DNA of 38,817 nucleotides, from contig JBAXAI010000035.1 of the NCBI GenBank assembly GCA_037142615.1, forward strand, positions 1 to 38,817, read 5' to 3'. The translations under genes were made by a program, and so were the position numbers. This document shows positions 29,296 to 38,127 of this stretch, one piece after another. A model generated the notes under the pieces. It was not told where the DNA came from. It made no database searches and saw only the letters and a program-made list of their open reading frames with translations. The stretch comes from Spirochaetales bacterium (lineage in GTDB: Bacteria; Spirochaetota; Spirochaetia; JABEVK01). Positions within the stretch are counted from its first letter, which is position 1; each line of letters begins with the position of its first letter.

Positions 29296-29562
29296 ATGCA
29301 GGTTACCATAGACAAATTGGGTCGAATCCTCGTTCCGAAGTCCCTCCGGGAGAAGTATCACTTGACCGCAGGGACGTTGCTGGACTTGGAGGCGGACTCC
29401 AAGGGCGTTCAGTTCTCGCTGCGACTCCCCAAGAGCACCCTTGTGGAGAAAGAGGGAATCCTTGTCCTTCAAGGAGGCCCGGTGATCGACCTCGACGTGA
29501 CGGCCCTGATCAACCAGGAACGCGAAAGCCGGAACGTCGCCAGCCTGGGGAGCAGTTCGTGA
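29296..29562 (+). CDS. AbrB/MazE family antitoxin
   Basis: VTIDKLGRILVPKSLRE; GTGA overlap with a PIN gene. Confidence 0.85.
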   Translation: MQVTIDKLGRILVPKSLREKYHLTAGTLLDLEADSKGVQFSLRLPKSTLVEKEGILVLQGGPVIDLDVTALINQERESRNVASLGSSS

Positions 29563-29990
29563 AGGTTCTGTTTGACACATCGGTTCTCGTGCCCGCCCTC
29601 GTTGAACAGCTATCGAACCATGCGGTTTGTTTTGAGACGTTGAGAACCTACACTTCGGGCGGCAACATCGGAGTCTGCTCAACCCACTGCCTTGCGGAAT
29701 GCTATTCCACCCTGACCGCTTTGCCCTTGCCCCGCAGGGTCACCCCCCAGGAAGCGTTTGCCCTCATCGAAAGAAGCGTGAGGGGAAGGCTCGAAGTCAT
29801 CGAACTGGATACAGCCGACTACCGTGCCGCTCTTGCCAAGGTGGTCGAAGGCGGGCTGACCAGCGGCATCATCTACGACGCCCTGCACGCAAGGGTTGCC
29901 GAGAAGGCTGGTTGCCAGCGCATCTACACGTACAACCTCAATCACTTCCGCCCGCTGTGTCCTGCCAACGTCCTGGTCTCTGCACCCTGA
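29559..29990 (+). CDS. PIN-domain toxin
   Basis: (M)KVLFDTSVL, LAECYSTLT, IYDALH, IYTYNLNHF. Confidence 0.88.
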   Translation: MKVLFDTSVLVPALVEQLSNHAVCFETLRTYTSGGNIGVCSTHCLAECYSTLTALPLPRRVTPQEAFALIERSVRGRLEVIELDTADYRAALAKVVEGGLTSGIIYDALHARVAEKAGCQRIYTYNLNHFRPLCPANVLVSAP

Positions 29991-29992
29991 TT

Positions 29993-30055
29993 GGCGGCGA
30001 CGGCAAGCGCGTCAAAACTTTCGTCCTCGATACCGAGGTGTCTGTAGAATTGACA
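29993..30055 (+). repeat. Array repeat with palindromic core
   Basis: Encodes GGDGKRVKTFVLDTEVS; core GATACCGAGGTGTC at 30029-30042. Confidence 0.9.
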
Positions 30056-30090
30056 CCCAACGAAGCCGATTCTATCCTTACCGTAAGGAT
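30050..30090 (+). promoter_or_regulatory. sigma70 promoter and operator palindrome of the abrB-mazF pair
   Basis: TTGACA-17 nt-TATCCT; perfect inverted repeat ATCCTTAC-C-GTAAGGAT (30074-30090) over the -10/+1 region. Confidence 0.75.
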
Positions 30091-30098
30091 GTAAGAAC

Positions 30099-30317
30099 AT
30101 GTCGCCTGTCGTTGCCATCGTCTCCAGCAAAGGCCAGATCACCCTTCCCCAGACCGTTCGCCAAACTCTTGGGCTCCACCAAGGGGATCCGGTCCTCTTC
30201 GAGGAAAAAGATGGGGTCGTCGTTCTCCGGAAGCGCCCGAAGGTTGACGCAACCTGGGCGGCGGGGCTCGCAGCGACGTTGAGCGAATGGGAAGACAACC
30301 TCGATGACGACCTTTGA
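30099..30317 (+). CDS. AbrB/MazE family antitoxin
   Basis: VSSKGQITLPQTVRQTLGL; acidic tail. Confidence 0.88.
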   Translation: MSPVVAIVSSKGQITLPQTVRQTLGLHQGDPVLFEEKDGVVVLRKRPKVDATWAAGLAATLSEWEDNLDDDL

Positions 30318-30657
30318 GTCCGGGGACCTTGTCGAGGTTCCTTTTCCCTTCATCGACTCACAAAACACCAAGTTGCGCCCGGCGCTCGTGCTTTCCACTC
30401 CCGACTTTCAACGTCAGTCCGGAGCCTGCATTCTTGCGATGATCACCAGCGCCGAGCGCAACCGCTGGGGGAATGATTTTGTCCTGGAATCGTGGGCAGA
30501 AGCAGGTCTGCAAAAGCCTTCGTTGGTCCGTTGGAAGGTCTTCACGCTCGACGACTCCTTGATTGTCCGGCGCCGTGGCCGTTTGAAGGACAACGATCTT
30601 GCCAGGATTCGGGATGCTTTGGCCCAGGTGTTTTCGGGCTGGTCGCTTCCTGGATAG
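30304..30657 (+). CDS. PemK/MazF family toxin
   Basis: GDLVEVPFPF, KLRPALVLS, AMITS, AGLQKPS. Confidence 0.88.
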   Translation: MTTFESGDLVEVPFPFIDSQNTKLRPALVLSTPDFQRQSGACILAMITSAERNRWGNDFVLESWAEAGLQKPSLVRWKVFTLDDSLIVRRRGRLKDNDLARIRDALAQVFSGWSLPG

Positions 30658-30663
30658 GTTGGA

Positions 30664-31035
30664 GTCGAGCCGAGGTTTCATGCGTTGGGGAAGACTGAAA
30701 AAGGTCGCCTCCTCCTGTTGGTCTACACCGTTCGGAGCCAAAAGGTCCGGGTGATCTCGGCACGGAACCTGAGCAAATACCCAATTCCTGAGTTTGCCAA
30801 CGAAGCCGAGGAAGCTTTGTTCTGGCAGACCCATGACTCAACGGACTATGTTGAATGGTCCAAGGCCATGGCGAAGCCTGTGACGTTCGCGAACCTGCAA
30901 CCCAGTCTGAAAAGCATATCGCTGCGGCTACCCGAGCCCATGCTCGCGCGGCTCAAATCGCTCGCCAACGAACGCGATGTGCCTTACCAATCGCTGATCA
31001 AGATGATTCTGGCCGACCACCTCGCTCACTCCTGA
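30664..31035 (+). pseudogene. 5'-truncated copy of the BrnT-BrnA fusion at 38128-38640
   Basis: Colinear with 38275-38640 and has the same ISARNLSKYPIPEF junction; antitoxin part intact. Confidence 0.8.
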
Positions 31036-31037
31036 AG

Positions 31038-31058
31038 ACCAAAACTCGGCGACGCCGC
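31038..31058 (+). repeat. Array repeat, short 5' fragment
   Basis: ACCAAAACTCGGCGACGCCGC; follows the fusion gene just as the 38653 copy follows its paralogue. Confidence 0.55.
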
Positions 31059-31329
31059 TATGCGGCTTGTATCGCCTGCGCCGCGTGGATTCCCCGGTTG
31101 ACGACTCGACGGATTCCGCGCATTTTGTTCGTCTTCTGCCTTGGGGCCCTGTCGCATGCCGCTCTTGCCTTCTTCGCAGGTACCGTCTTCGCTCTGGTGC
31201 CCGTGATCGGCATCGTGGCGGCGATCGCGGGCGAGGCCTTCGACCTTTCCCGCCAGCTCAGTCGCTTGCGGACCCACTCTCCCACCGAGGTTCCCCTCGT
31301 CTTCCCCGATTTCTCGGCATTCTGACAGC

Positions 31330-31863
31330 ATGAAAACTCTTTTGTGGTCTGTCTTGGTTGCCCTGGCGCTGTTCTTCCCCGTGGCGGCTCAGCCCGTGTA
31401 CTGGGGCGTCCTTCCCAGTGTGCTGGTGGAGCCCTACGACGATGTCGAGGCTCTTGAAGTCAACCTCATTCCGCTCATCCTCGGTTTTGAACTCTCGCCC
31501 GGGCTACGTTTGGAGGTTCGTCCCTTGGTGGATCTGCAACTGCTCGAAGGTCGGTCGCCGGCCTTGAGCCATCTCGGTGGAACCTTCGCGTTGACCAAGA
31601 CATTCTTTGGTGAGAGCCCAGGGGTGTCGTGGCACCTCGGTCGGTTTTTTTCGGCAAACGTCAATGCCATCGACGGTGGCGTCGTCGTGATCTCGGGGGT
31701 CGAGCCCGGAGTCACGTGGACTGCGGATGATCAGTTCTCTCTCACGCTTTCACCTCAGCCGGGCGTCGATTGGTTTCTGCGGCCCGGTGCAGGTCAGGCG
31801 CCTTTGCTTCCCCACTTGGGACTCGTGGTCCACTTCGGCTGGACAACAGGAGAAACCAACTAG
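31330..31863 (+). CDS. Hypothetical exported protein, possibly beta-barrel-like
   Basis: Signal-peptide-like N-terminus, alternating hydrophobic strands, terminal HFGW. Confidence 0.6.
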   Translation: MKTLLWSVLVALALFFPVAAQPVYWGVLPSVLVEPYDDVEALEVNLIPLILGFELSPGLRLEVRPLVDLQLLEGRSPALSHLGGTFALTKTFFGESPGVSWHLGRFFSANVNAIDGGVVVISGVEPGVTWTADDQFSLTLSPQPGVDWFLRPGAGQAPLLPHLGLVVHFGWTTGETN

Positions 31864-31879
31864 TGTGGTGACGGGAGCT

Positions 31880-31901
31880 CCGGGGAACGAGTGAAGACGT
31901 T
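31880..31901 (+). repeat. Array repeat, weak degenerate copy
   Basis: CGGGGAACGAGTGAAGACGTTT (GERVKTF), 17/22 nt to a consensus of the repeat variants; sits at a gene/remnant junction. Confidence 0.4.
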
Positions 31902-31902
31902 T

Positions 31903-32050
31903 TTGAGGGTTCGAATAGATGCACAAGGTCGCCTTGAGAAAGACTCGGACCTGCTCATCGATCAGCTACGCGCCATCGACAATTCGCGACTGACTTCGGG
32001 GGGTGCCGAGGCGCTGGGACAGTTCGATCTGAAGTTCAAGCAGGTTACCG
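31903..32050 (+). pseudogene. PemK/MazF C-terminal remnant
   Basis: LRVRIDAQGRLEKDSDLLIDQLRAIDNSRL. Confidence 0.65.
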
Positions 32051-32078
32051 GCAAGCGACCCCGGCATTTTCGTCCTTC

Positions 32079-32138
32079 GACTTTTGTGTAATCCAGTCAC
32101 AAAAGTCCTTTGACTTTTGTGTGATGTGCGTCTATTCT
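32079..32138 (+). promoter_or_regulatory. Promoter and repeated operator-like motif upstream of the ATPase
   Basis: TTGACT-17 nt-TATTCT, 6 nt before ATG 32145; GACTTTTGTG occurs at 32079 and 32112 and inverted at 32098. Confidence 0.6.
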
Positions 32139-32144
32139 GGGTCA

Positions 32145-33509
32145 ATGCAACGTCACTCACTCGAGCAACTGCTGGAATGGAAACTCCGCCCCGACCGAAA
32201 GCCGCTCATTCTTCAAGGAGCTCGCCAGGTGGGGAAGACTTGGATACTCAAGGAACTTGGGCGGTTGCACTACACCAACGTTGCCTACATCAACTTCGAA
32301 TCCAACGAACGCATGGAACGGCTTTTCACTGGGAATCTGGACCCCTCGCGCTTGCTGGCGGGGCTCCGCATCGAAGCCCGTTGTTCCATTGTCCCTGGAG
32401 CCACCCTGCTGATTTTCGATGAGATTCAGGCTTGTCCACCCGCGCTCACATCGCTGAAGTATTTTGCCGAAAACGCTCCCGAGTACCATGTGGCTGCGGC
32501 CGGGTCCCTGTTGGGGGTTGCCATGCACCGAGGTGTTTCTTTTCCGGTCGGCAAAGTGGAGTTTGTCCCGTTGTTCCCCTTGTCGTTTATGGAGTTCTTG
32601 GAGGCACTGGGCCAAGCCGACTTGGCCGTCGCCGTTTCCAGTAGTCAATGGGACTTGATGACGGCGTTACGCGAGCAGTTGACGGAGCACCTTCGAACCT
32701 ACCTCGCCTTGGGAGGAATGCCCGAAGTCGTGGCCTGCTACCTCGCCAGCCGGGACTGGGCTCAAGTGCGCCGCCTACAGCGGGCCCTGTTGCAGGCCTA
32801 CGAGCAAGATTTTTCCAAGTACGCTGAACCTTCCTTGGTCCCACGGCTACGGGCACTCTGGAACTCGATCCCGGCGCAACTGGCCCGGGAACAGAAAAAG
32901 TTTGTCTATGGCCTGATCAAGGCTGGTGCACGTGCCCGTGAGTTTGAGTTGGCCATCCAGTGGCTATGCGATGCGGGGCTCACCCATAAACTGATGCGTG
33001 CCTCCAAACCTGGAATGCCGCTGAAGGCCTACCATGACCCTTCCGCGTTCAAGCTGTTCTTTGTCGACTGCGGACTGCTCGCGGCGCATGCCGGGCTCGA
33101 ACTGGAGTCACTGCTGAAAGGCAATGCGTTGTTCGAAGAGTTCAAAGGTGCCTTGGCCGAACAATACGTGAGTCAGGAACTCCGCCTTCGGCAGACCTGG
33201 GAGGTGGCGTACTGGTCAAGCGACACATCGCAGGCCGAGGTCGACTTTTTGCTCCAAGCCTCGGGCCAGATCTTCCCTGTGGAAGTCAAGGCCGCCGAAA
33301 ACTTGCAGGCCAAAAGCCTCAAAGTGTTTCACGAAAAGTTCCAGCCGCCGGGTTGCTTTCGCTTCTCGCTCTCGAACTACCGACAAGAAACCTGGCTCAC
33401 CAACGTGCCACTGTACGCTTTGGCTAGCCTAAGTAGAGAACTCACCCCCGCCTCAGCTCCCTTGGCGCCTTCCCCGAATGGCCTCTGTGAATTGCCCCGG
33501 GTTCCCTGA
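32145..33509 (+). CDS. AAA_14 ATPase with DUF4143 C-terminus
   Basis: GARQVGKT, LIFDEIQ, AAGSLLG, GGMPEVV, KLFFVDCGLL, EVDFLL..PVEVK (PD-(D/E)xK-like). Confidence 0.88.
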   Translation: MQRHSLEQLLEWKLRPDRKPLILQGARQVGKTWILKELGRLHYTNVAYINFESNERMERLFTGNLDPSRLLAGLRIEARCSIVPGATLLIFDEIQACPPALTSLKYFAENAPEYHVAAAGSLLGVAMHRGVSFPVGKVEFVPLFPLSFMEFLEALGQADLAVAVSSSQWDLMTALREQLTEHLRTYLALGGMPEVVACYLASRDWAQVRRLQRALLQAYEQDFSKYAEPSLVPRLRALWNSIPAQLAREQKKFVYGLIKAGARAREFELAIQWLCDAGLTHKLMRASKPGMPLKAYHDPSAFKLFFVDCGLLAAHAGLELESLLKGNALFEEFKGALAEQYVSQELRLRQTWEVAYWSSDTSQAEVDFLLQASGQIFPVEVKAAENLQAKSLKVFHEKFQPPGCFRFSLSNYRQETWLTNVPLYALASLSRELTPASAPLAPSPNGLCELPRVP

Positions 33510-33529
33510 GATCAAAAAAAGATAGGAGA

Positions 33530-33580
33530 AGGATTAAAACACTCTGTTTGGACACCAAGGTGTCTGTATCATTGATTGAC
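33530..33580 (+). repeat. Array repeat with palindromic core, divergent left arm
   Basis: Encodes RIKTLCLDTKVS; core GACACCAAGGTGTC at 33551-33564, then TGTATCATTGATTGAC. Confidence 0.8.
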
Positions 33581-33668
33581 CTACTACTCGCCTTCCGACC
33601 AGCGGTAACCCGGTTGAATTTGCTGGCATCCTCAGCTAGCATTATGATGCAGAACATGGAGGCAACTC

Positions 33669-33920
33669 ATGGCGACACTGACAATCCGGGGCTTCGATGA
33701 GACTCTGGCGAAGACCCTTAGGGGTGAAAGCCACAAGCGGAATATCAGCATGAACCGGCTCGTGCTCGACATTTTAGGCGAGGCCCTCAAGGTGGGGAGC
33801 AGTAAGCGGCACTTTGACGATCTTGACCACTTGGCCGGCACGTGGTCCGAGGCCGAGTCCCGGGAGTTCGATGACAAAGTCGTAGACCTGGGAAAGGTCG
33901 ATCCGGCGGACTGGAAATGA
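33669..33920 (+). CDS. Ribbon-helix-helix (FitA-like) antitoxin
   Basis: MATLTIRGFD...ISMNRLVLDIL...LAGTWS; ATGA overlap with vapC. Confidence 0.82.
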   Translation: MATLTIRGFDETLAKTLRGESHKRNISMNRLVLDILGEALKVGSSKRHFDDLDHLAGTWSEAESREFDDKVVDLGKVDPADWK

Positions 33921-34312
33921 TTCGGATCCTGCTGGACACCAACGCCTACTCCGACTTCAAGCGCGGGGCACAAAACCTCAAGCACATCGTTGCTGAAGCC
34001 CAAGAGATCTTGGTTCCGATCCCTGTGCTGGCGGAGCTGAGGGTAGGCTTCCTTGGCGGTGCCCAGGAAACGAGAAACCTCGCGGAGCTGGAGCAATTCT
34101 TGGCTACGCCGCGAGTCCACGTGCCACCGATGGGCGAACAGACCGCACTGTTCTATGCCAGAATCTACTCGGATCTCAAGCGAGCCGGGACTCCCATTCC
34201 GATGAACGACGTCTGGATCGCCGCTTCCTCCATGGAAGCCGGTGCGGTTCTGATAACCAGCGACGCACATTTTCCGCATATTGCCGGCTTGCTGGTGAAA
34301 AGCGGCGCTTAA
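33917..34312 (+). CDS. vapC: VapC PIN-domain toxin
   Basis: ILLDTNAYS, LAELRVGF, PIPMNDVWIAA, ITSDAHF. Confidence 0.9.
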   Translation: MIRILLDTNAYSDFKRGAQNLKHIVAEAQEILVPIPVLAELRVGFLGGAQETRNLAELEQFLATPRVHVPPMGEQTALFYARIYSDLKRAGTPIPMNDVWIAASSMEAGAVLITSDAHFPHIAGLLVKSGA

Positions 34313-34388
34313 AAAGCCCCGTCCGGAACACCCACACTGGTTGCCAACGAATCGACCAAGGAACGAATCCAGTGTTTTTGAAGGAACC

Positions 34389-34682
34389 ATGATCACGATG
34401 CAGACGCCGGTGTCGGCGGAAGTACAGCAAGACCTTGATTGCCTCGTCACTGCCCTCGGAACCCGCCGGGCGTCGAGCGATATTGATCTGCTTGTCCTGA
34501 CGAACTCGGGTCTGACCGATCCGTCGGTACTCAACAAGGCCCTCCGACTAGACACCTTTGGCAAACTCAAACTTCCCCTCGATCTCATCGTCGAAGACCT
34601 GCAGACTTTTGAGGAGCGCCGACTGCTCCCCACGCTCGAACGGAAGATCGCTCGTCAAGGGAGAGTTGTTTATGCGACTTGA
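34389..34682 (+). pseudogene. Minimal nucleotidyltransferase (MNT antitoxin-like), catalytic GS motif missing
   Basis: SDIDLLVL, PLDLIV, IARQGRVVY present; the LFGSxARG segment is absent. Confidence 0.65.
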
Positions 34683-34738
34683 GTCCTTGGCAAGTTCGGC
34701 GGTTGAGCTCGTTGGCTCACGACTTCCCCCGATTTCAT

Positions 34739-34846
34739 AGGAGTGACTCCCATGCCAACCACACCCAACAAACCCAAACTCGGCGCCGACGGCAAGCGCG
34801 TCAAAACTTTCGTGCTCGATACAATTGTATCCCCTCGATTAGTTAC
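34739..34846 (+). repeat. Array repeat, full-length copy with RBS and ATG
   Basis: AGGAG, ATG 34752, MPTTPNKPKLGADGKRVKTFVLDTIVS; perfect palindrome GATACAATTGTATC at 34818-34831. Confidence 0.92.
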
Positions 34847-34872
34847 TCTGCGAGAGATTAGCGCGATTGAAG

Positions 34873-35775
34873 TCACCGGTTTCGATAGTCTGAGGGGGTA
34901 ACTCCTGTCTTGACCTTGAAGAGTTTACTGAAGTGCTGCGGATACTCAAAACCCAAAGAGTATGCCACCTCACCTACGGTCAGATTGGTGCCCAAAAGCC
35001 TGTTCTTCGCCTGATCAATAACATAGTCATGGATGTGTTCTTTCGCGCTCTTGCCTGTTTCAAGCCTCAACAGGTCACTCAAATAGGGACCGGACATATT
35101 CATGGCATCGCCACATTGACTGATTGTAGGAATTCCTGCGGTCAGTTGCTCGTCGGAAGTAAAGTAGGCTTCCAGATATTCCTCAAATCTGGCAACGAAA
35201 TCCTTGTTAAGGTTGCTTCTCGTGAAGAATTGACGATCGTAATAGCGACGGCAGTACTTCAGAATGGACTCCAAGTTCACAATGATCAATTCCTGCGAGT
35301 GCGTATCAATGTTCTGCCGGAGTTCCATATCGATTTTCTCAACCAAATCATTCAACATCGCTTTTTCGTTGTCAGACACATGGAGTGCTTCGTTGGCGAC
35401 GTAATCGAAGAAGGCGAACTGGCGAATCTTCCTGGCGAGTTCAGACTTCCTGAGCAGGTCAGGATGAAAGAACATCGACCAGCCCGCATCCGACTGATCT
35501 TTCACAGGATTTTCAAAACTCGCTACTTGGCCGGGCCCCATGAAGACCAGCGTTCCATCCTCAAAGTCATAGGAACTCCGCCCATACTGGATGACTCCTT
35601 CGAAGTTTTCCTTCAGGGAGACCACATACAAGTCGCTCGTCAGCCGAAACTTCCCAAAATCAAAATCCGACTTTGGCCATTTCCGAACGATGGAGATCAG
35701 AGGGTGACTCGGTTTCGGGAGGCCAAACGTCTTGTGGAGCGCCGAGATACTCCCTATCGGAAAGATGTCTTTCAT
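34873..35775 (-). CDS. AraC family transcriptional regulator
   Basis: YLSDLLRLETG, VAYSLGFEYPQHFSKLFK...TPSDYR. Confidence 0.92.
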   Translation of the reverse strand: MKDIFPIGSISALHKTFGLPKPSHPLISIVRKWPKSDFDFGKFRLTSDLYVVSLKENFEGVIQYGRSSYDFEDGTLVFMGPGQVASFENPVKDQSDAGWSMFFHPDLLRKSELARKIRQFAFFDYVANEALHVSDNEKAMLNDLVEKIDMELRQNIDTHSQELIIVNLESILKYCRRYYDRQFFTRSNLNKDFVARFEEYLEAYFTSDEQLTAGIPTISQCGDAMNMSGPYLSDLLRLETGKSAKEHIHDYVIDQAKNRLLGTNLTVGEVAYSLGFEYPQHFSKLFKVKTGVTPSDYRNR

Positions 35776-35816
35776 CGCACGTTACCTCTCTTGTCTTCTC
35801 TTTCTTTTGGGCGACA

Positions 35817-36716
35817 CTAGTACTTGACCCCAGTCATTTCTTCCGACAATACCCACAGGCGTTTTGCAGCGTCCTCATCATAAGAACGGGCGCTGGAGCG
35901 CACGACTACGGGGGCGCCTCTGAGTTCCATCAGTCCAGAAGGGCCATAGTAGTCTCCACTCGTCGCTTGGGGGTCGGTCGCCGCACGGAGTGTGGGCAAT
36001 GCTCCCGCTTCGGCGGCTTGCGAAAAGAAGGGGTTTAGGATCTGGAACATCATCGAATGCCGTTGCAACTCTGTTCGTGCTCAGCCCGGATGCGCGGCGG
36101 TCACCACGGGAGCATTGGTCTCCTTTTTGAGTTTTCGCGACAACTCATAGGCAAAATATAGATTGGCCAGCTTGCTGTCACCATAGGCATTGCCCGTGTT
36201 GTACTCGCGTTCTTTCCAGTTGATGTCGGAAAAATCGATAATTCCTTGGCTGTGGGCAATGCTGGAGGTTGCCACCACACGCGAGGCTCTTGTCTTCATC
36301 AATAGTGGCATCAAGAGACCGGTCAGCGCAAAATGTCCCAGATGATTGGTTCCCATTTGAATCTCAAAACCGTCCTTCGTTCTCGCGAAAGGACTGGCCA
36401 TTATGCCCGCATTGTTGATCAAGACGTCGATGCGAACGCGGCTCGTCAAGATTCCCTGAGCAAACGTTCGAACCGACTCCAAACTCGAGAGATCTAGATA
36501 CCTGATGTCGAATTGAGCCTGGGGGAAAGCCCGCCGGATCTCCTGAACAACGCCTTCCGCTTTTTGGATATCTCTGACGGCCAAGACAAGGGTTCCGTTT
36601 TTGCTGGCCAGGACTTTTGCGGCCTGTTTGCCGAGACCACTGGTTGCCCCAGTGATGACAATCACTTTGCCGTCTTGTGGTGGAACGTCGTTAGCTCCCT
36701 ATTTTTCTCTTGCCAT
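35817..36716 (-). pseudogene. SDR oxidoreductase (retinol dehydrogenase-like) with two in-frame stops
   Basis: One frame from ATG 36716: MAREK*GANDVPPQDGK..TGATSGLG..NNAG..YGDSK..AAHPG*ARTELQRH; TAG at 36699-36701 and TGA at 36081-36083. Confidence 0.85.
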
Positions 36717-36781
36717 GTACTGCGACTCCCCAAGAATTGATAAGGACATCATAGCTTAGACCAAAAAAATCAAGATACAGT

Positions 36782-36812
36782 TTTCGCAGAAGTTTGGATA
36801 TATTTCGCAGAA
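36782..36812. promoter_or_regulatory. Probable AraC-type tandem binding site
   Basis: TTTCGCAGAA twice with a 21 bp period, upstream of the SDR-araC unit. Confidence 0.5.
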
Positions 36813-36861
36813 TGCTAAGTGGAGCAGTTGCAGTTCTACCCCAATTGTGTTACGAGCAAGC

Positions 36862-37383
36862 ATGAACAATACAGACCGAAGAAACGAACTACTCAATCTG
36901 TTTCAGCAATGGGCCAATCACTTCGGCTATCTCGACGGGAAAATTCAGATTGCCTCCGACGAGGAACTGCAAGCCTTTGCAACCACCGACTGCACGTTGA
37001 CGTCACATCCTCCGCTTTGGGGAGCAAGACCGGGCCTGGAAAAGGCGGTGCCAGCAACGACGGTCCGCCGGAGCCTCCAGGGCCTGCTAAGGTCGTTCAA
37101 GGTGACACGACTCGAGATGCACGTCGCCGTGAACGAAACCAAGCTGTGCCTGTATTTCGTCGTCAAGGGACGGCTCAAGCTTTTTCCGTTCTTTGATGTC
37201 ATGAACGTCCCACTGGCCTTTGTGCTCGGCGCGGTCGAGACGCCCCAAGGTCTGCGAATCGACGAAGTTCATGAATGGCCCGCTGCTTCCCCCACAGACG
37301 CGCTGAAGGTCCTGGTGGCGCAGCATGCTTGGCCAGCAACGGCACGATTCGAGCAGCATGTCGCTTTTGGGGCTGTGTCGTAG
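36862..37383 (+). CDS. Hypothetical protein, possibly NTF2/SnoaL-like
   Basis: 173-codon ORF with plausible composition; no recognised motif. Confidence 0.5.
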   Translation: MNNTDRRNELLNLFQQWANHFGYLDGKIQIASDEELQAFATTDCTLTSHPPLWGARPGLEKAVPATTVRRSLQGLLRSFKVTRLEMHVAVNETKLCLYFVVKGRLKLFPFFDVMNVPLAFVLGAVETPQGLRIDEVHEWPAASPTDALKVLVAQHAWPATARFEQHVAFGAVS

Positions 37384-37403
37384 GGACTAACGCTATCGAA
37401 GGC

Positions 37404-37452
37404 CACGTCAACATGTTCGTGGTCGGCACAACGGTGGGCGGCAAATTGATTG
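37404..37452 (+). repeat. Array repeat, degenerate copy
   Basis: 33/49 ungapped match by hand to 38017-38065, including ATTGATTG at identical spacing. Confidence 0.55.
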
Positions 37453-37524
37453 TTCTGCATTGAACCGGGGACTCGATTGCCCTCTTGCTGCTGTTGCGTC
37501 ATACTTGTCAAGCAGGGGTACATT

Positions 37525-37897
37525 ATGCTGGCTGTCCGACTGGATCCGACGATGGGTGAGAAGCTCACCCGCCTGGCCCAAGAGACAGGCCGAAGTAAAA
37601 GTTACTACGTCAAACAGGCCATTTCTGACTTTCTCGACGAAAGGGAAGACTACCGGCTGGCCTTGGCCTGGAACGCTGAAGCTTCGGAAGTGGCTGGCAG
37701 CGATCTTGGACTATCTGGAGGACGAGATCGCTCCGCTTCCCGATCTGCGGTCCAAAGGGAAAGCCCTCGTGGGAGACAAAAAGGGCCTCTGGCGCTTCCG
37801 GGTGGCCGATTTCCGGATCATCTGCGAAGTTGAGGACACCCAGCTTGTTATCTTGGCCGTTGCGATCGGTCATCGCAAGAATGTCTATGAATGCTGA
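37525..37897 (+). pseudogene. RelB/RelE-type pair fused and frameshifted by deletions
   Basis: MLAVRLD...ETGRSKSYYVKQAI...EDYRLA runs directly into LAW; RelE body GKALVG..GLWRFRVADFRII..IGHRKNVY lies in another frame. Confidence 0.8.
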
Positions 37898-37928
37898 ATC
37901 TCACGTATACTCTTGAGCTGGAGCCCGG

Positions 37929-38003
37929 CCACGCCACTTCGTGGCTTAGGCCCCCACGCAGCGTTGCGGCTTACGCCCCCACGCCACTTCGTGGCTTAGG
38001 CCC
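37929..38003. repeat. Three tandem 25 bp hairpin units
   Basis: CCACGCCACTTCGTGGCTTAGGCCC at 37929 and 37979, with variant CCACGCAGCGTTGCGGCTTACGCCC between them. Confidence 0.85.
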
Positions 38004-38004
38004 C

Positions 38005-38067
38005 GCCGACGGCAAGCGCGTCAAAACTTTCGTGCTCGACACCAATGTGTCTGTAGGATTGATTGAC
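38005..38067 (+). repeat. Array repeat with palindromic core
   Basis: Encodes ADGKRVKTFVLDTNVS; core GACACCAATGTGTC at 38038-38051, then TGTAGGATTGATTGAC. Confidence 0.92.
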
Positions 38068-38092
38068 TTTTTGGTCGCGTGACACGCGCCGA

Positions 38093-38121
38093 TTGACGTC
38101 TGTATATTTCTGCAACATACT
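38093..38121 (+). promoter_or_regulatory. sigma70-type promoter, probably leaderless
   Basis: TTGACG-17 nt-CATACT, 6 nt before ATG 38128. Confidence 0.6.
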
Positions 38122-38127
38122 TTCATC

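Noticed and set aside
31059-31325. Possible gene in this interval
   Set aside because: The plus frame gives a hydrophobic tail with no start, possibly a membrane-protein remnant; the minus ORFs have no recognisable features.
34672-34740. HEPN toxin downstream of the MNT remnant
   Set aside because: Only a very short overlapping ORF with no RxxxxH or other diagnostic motif.
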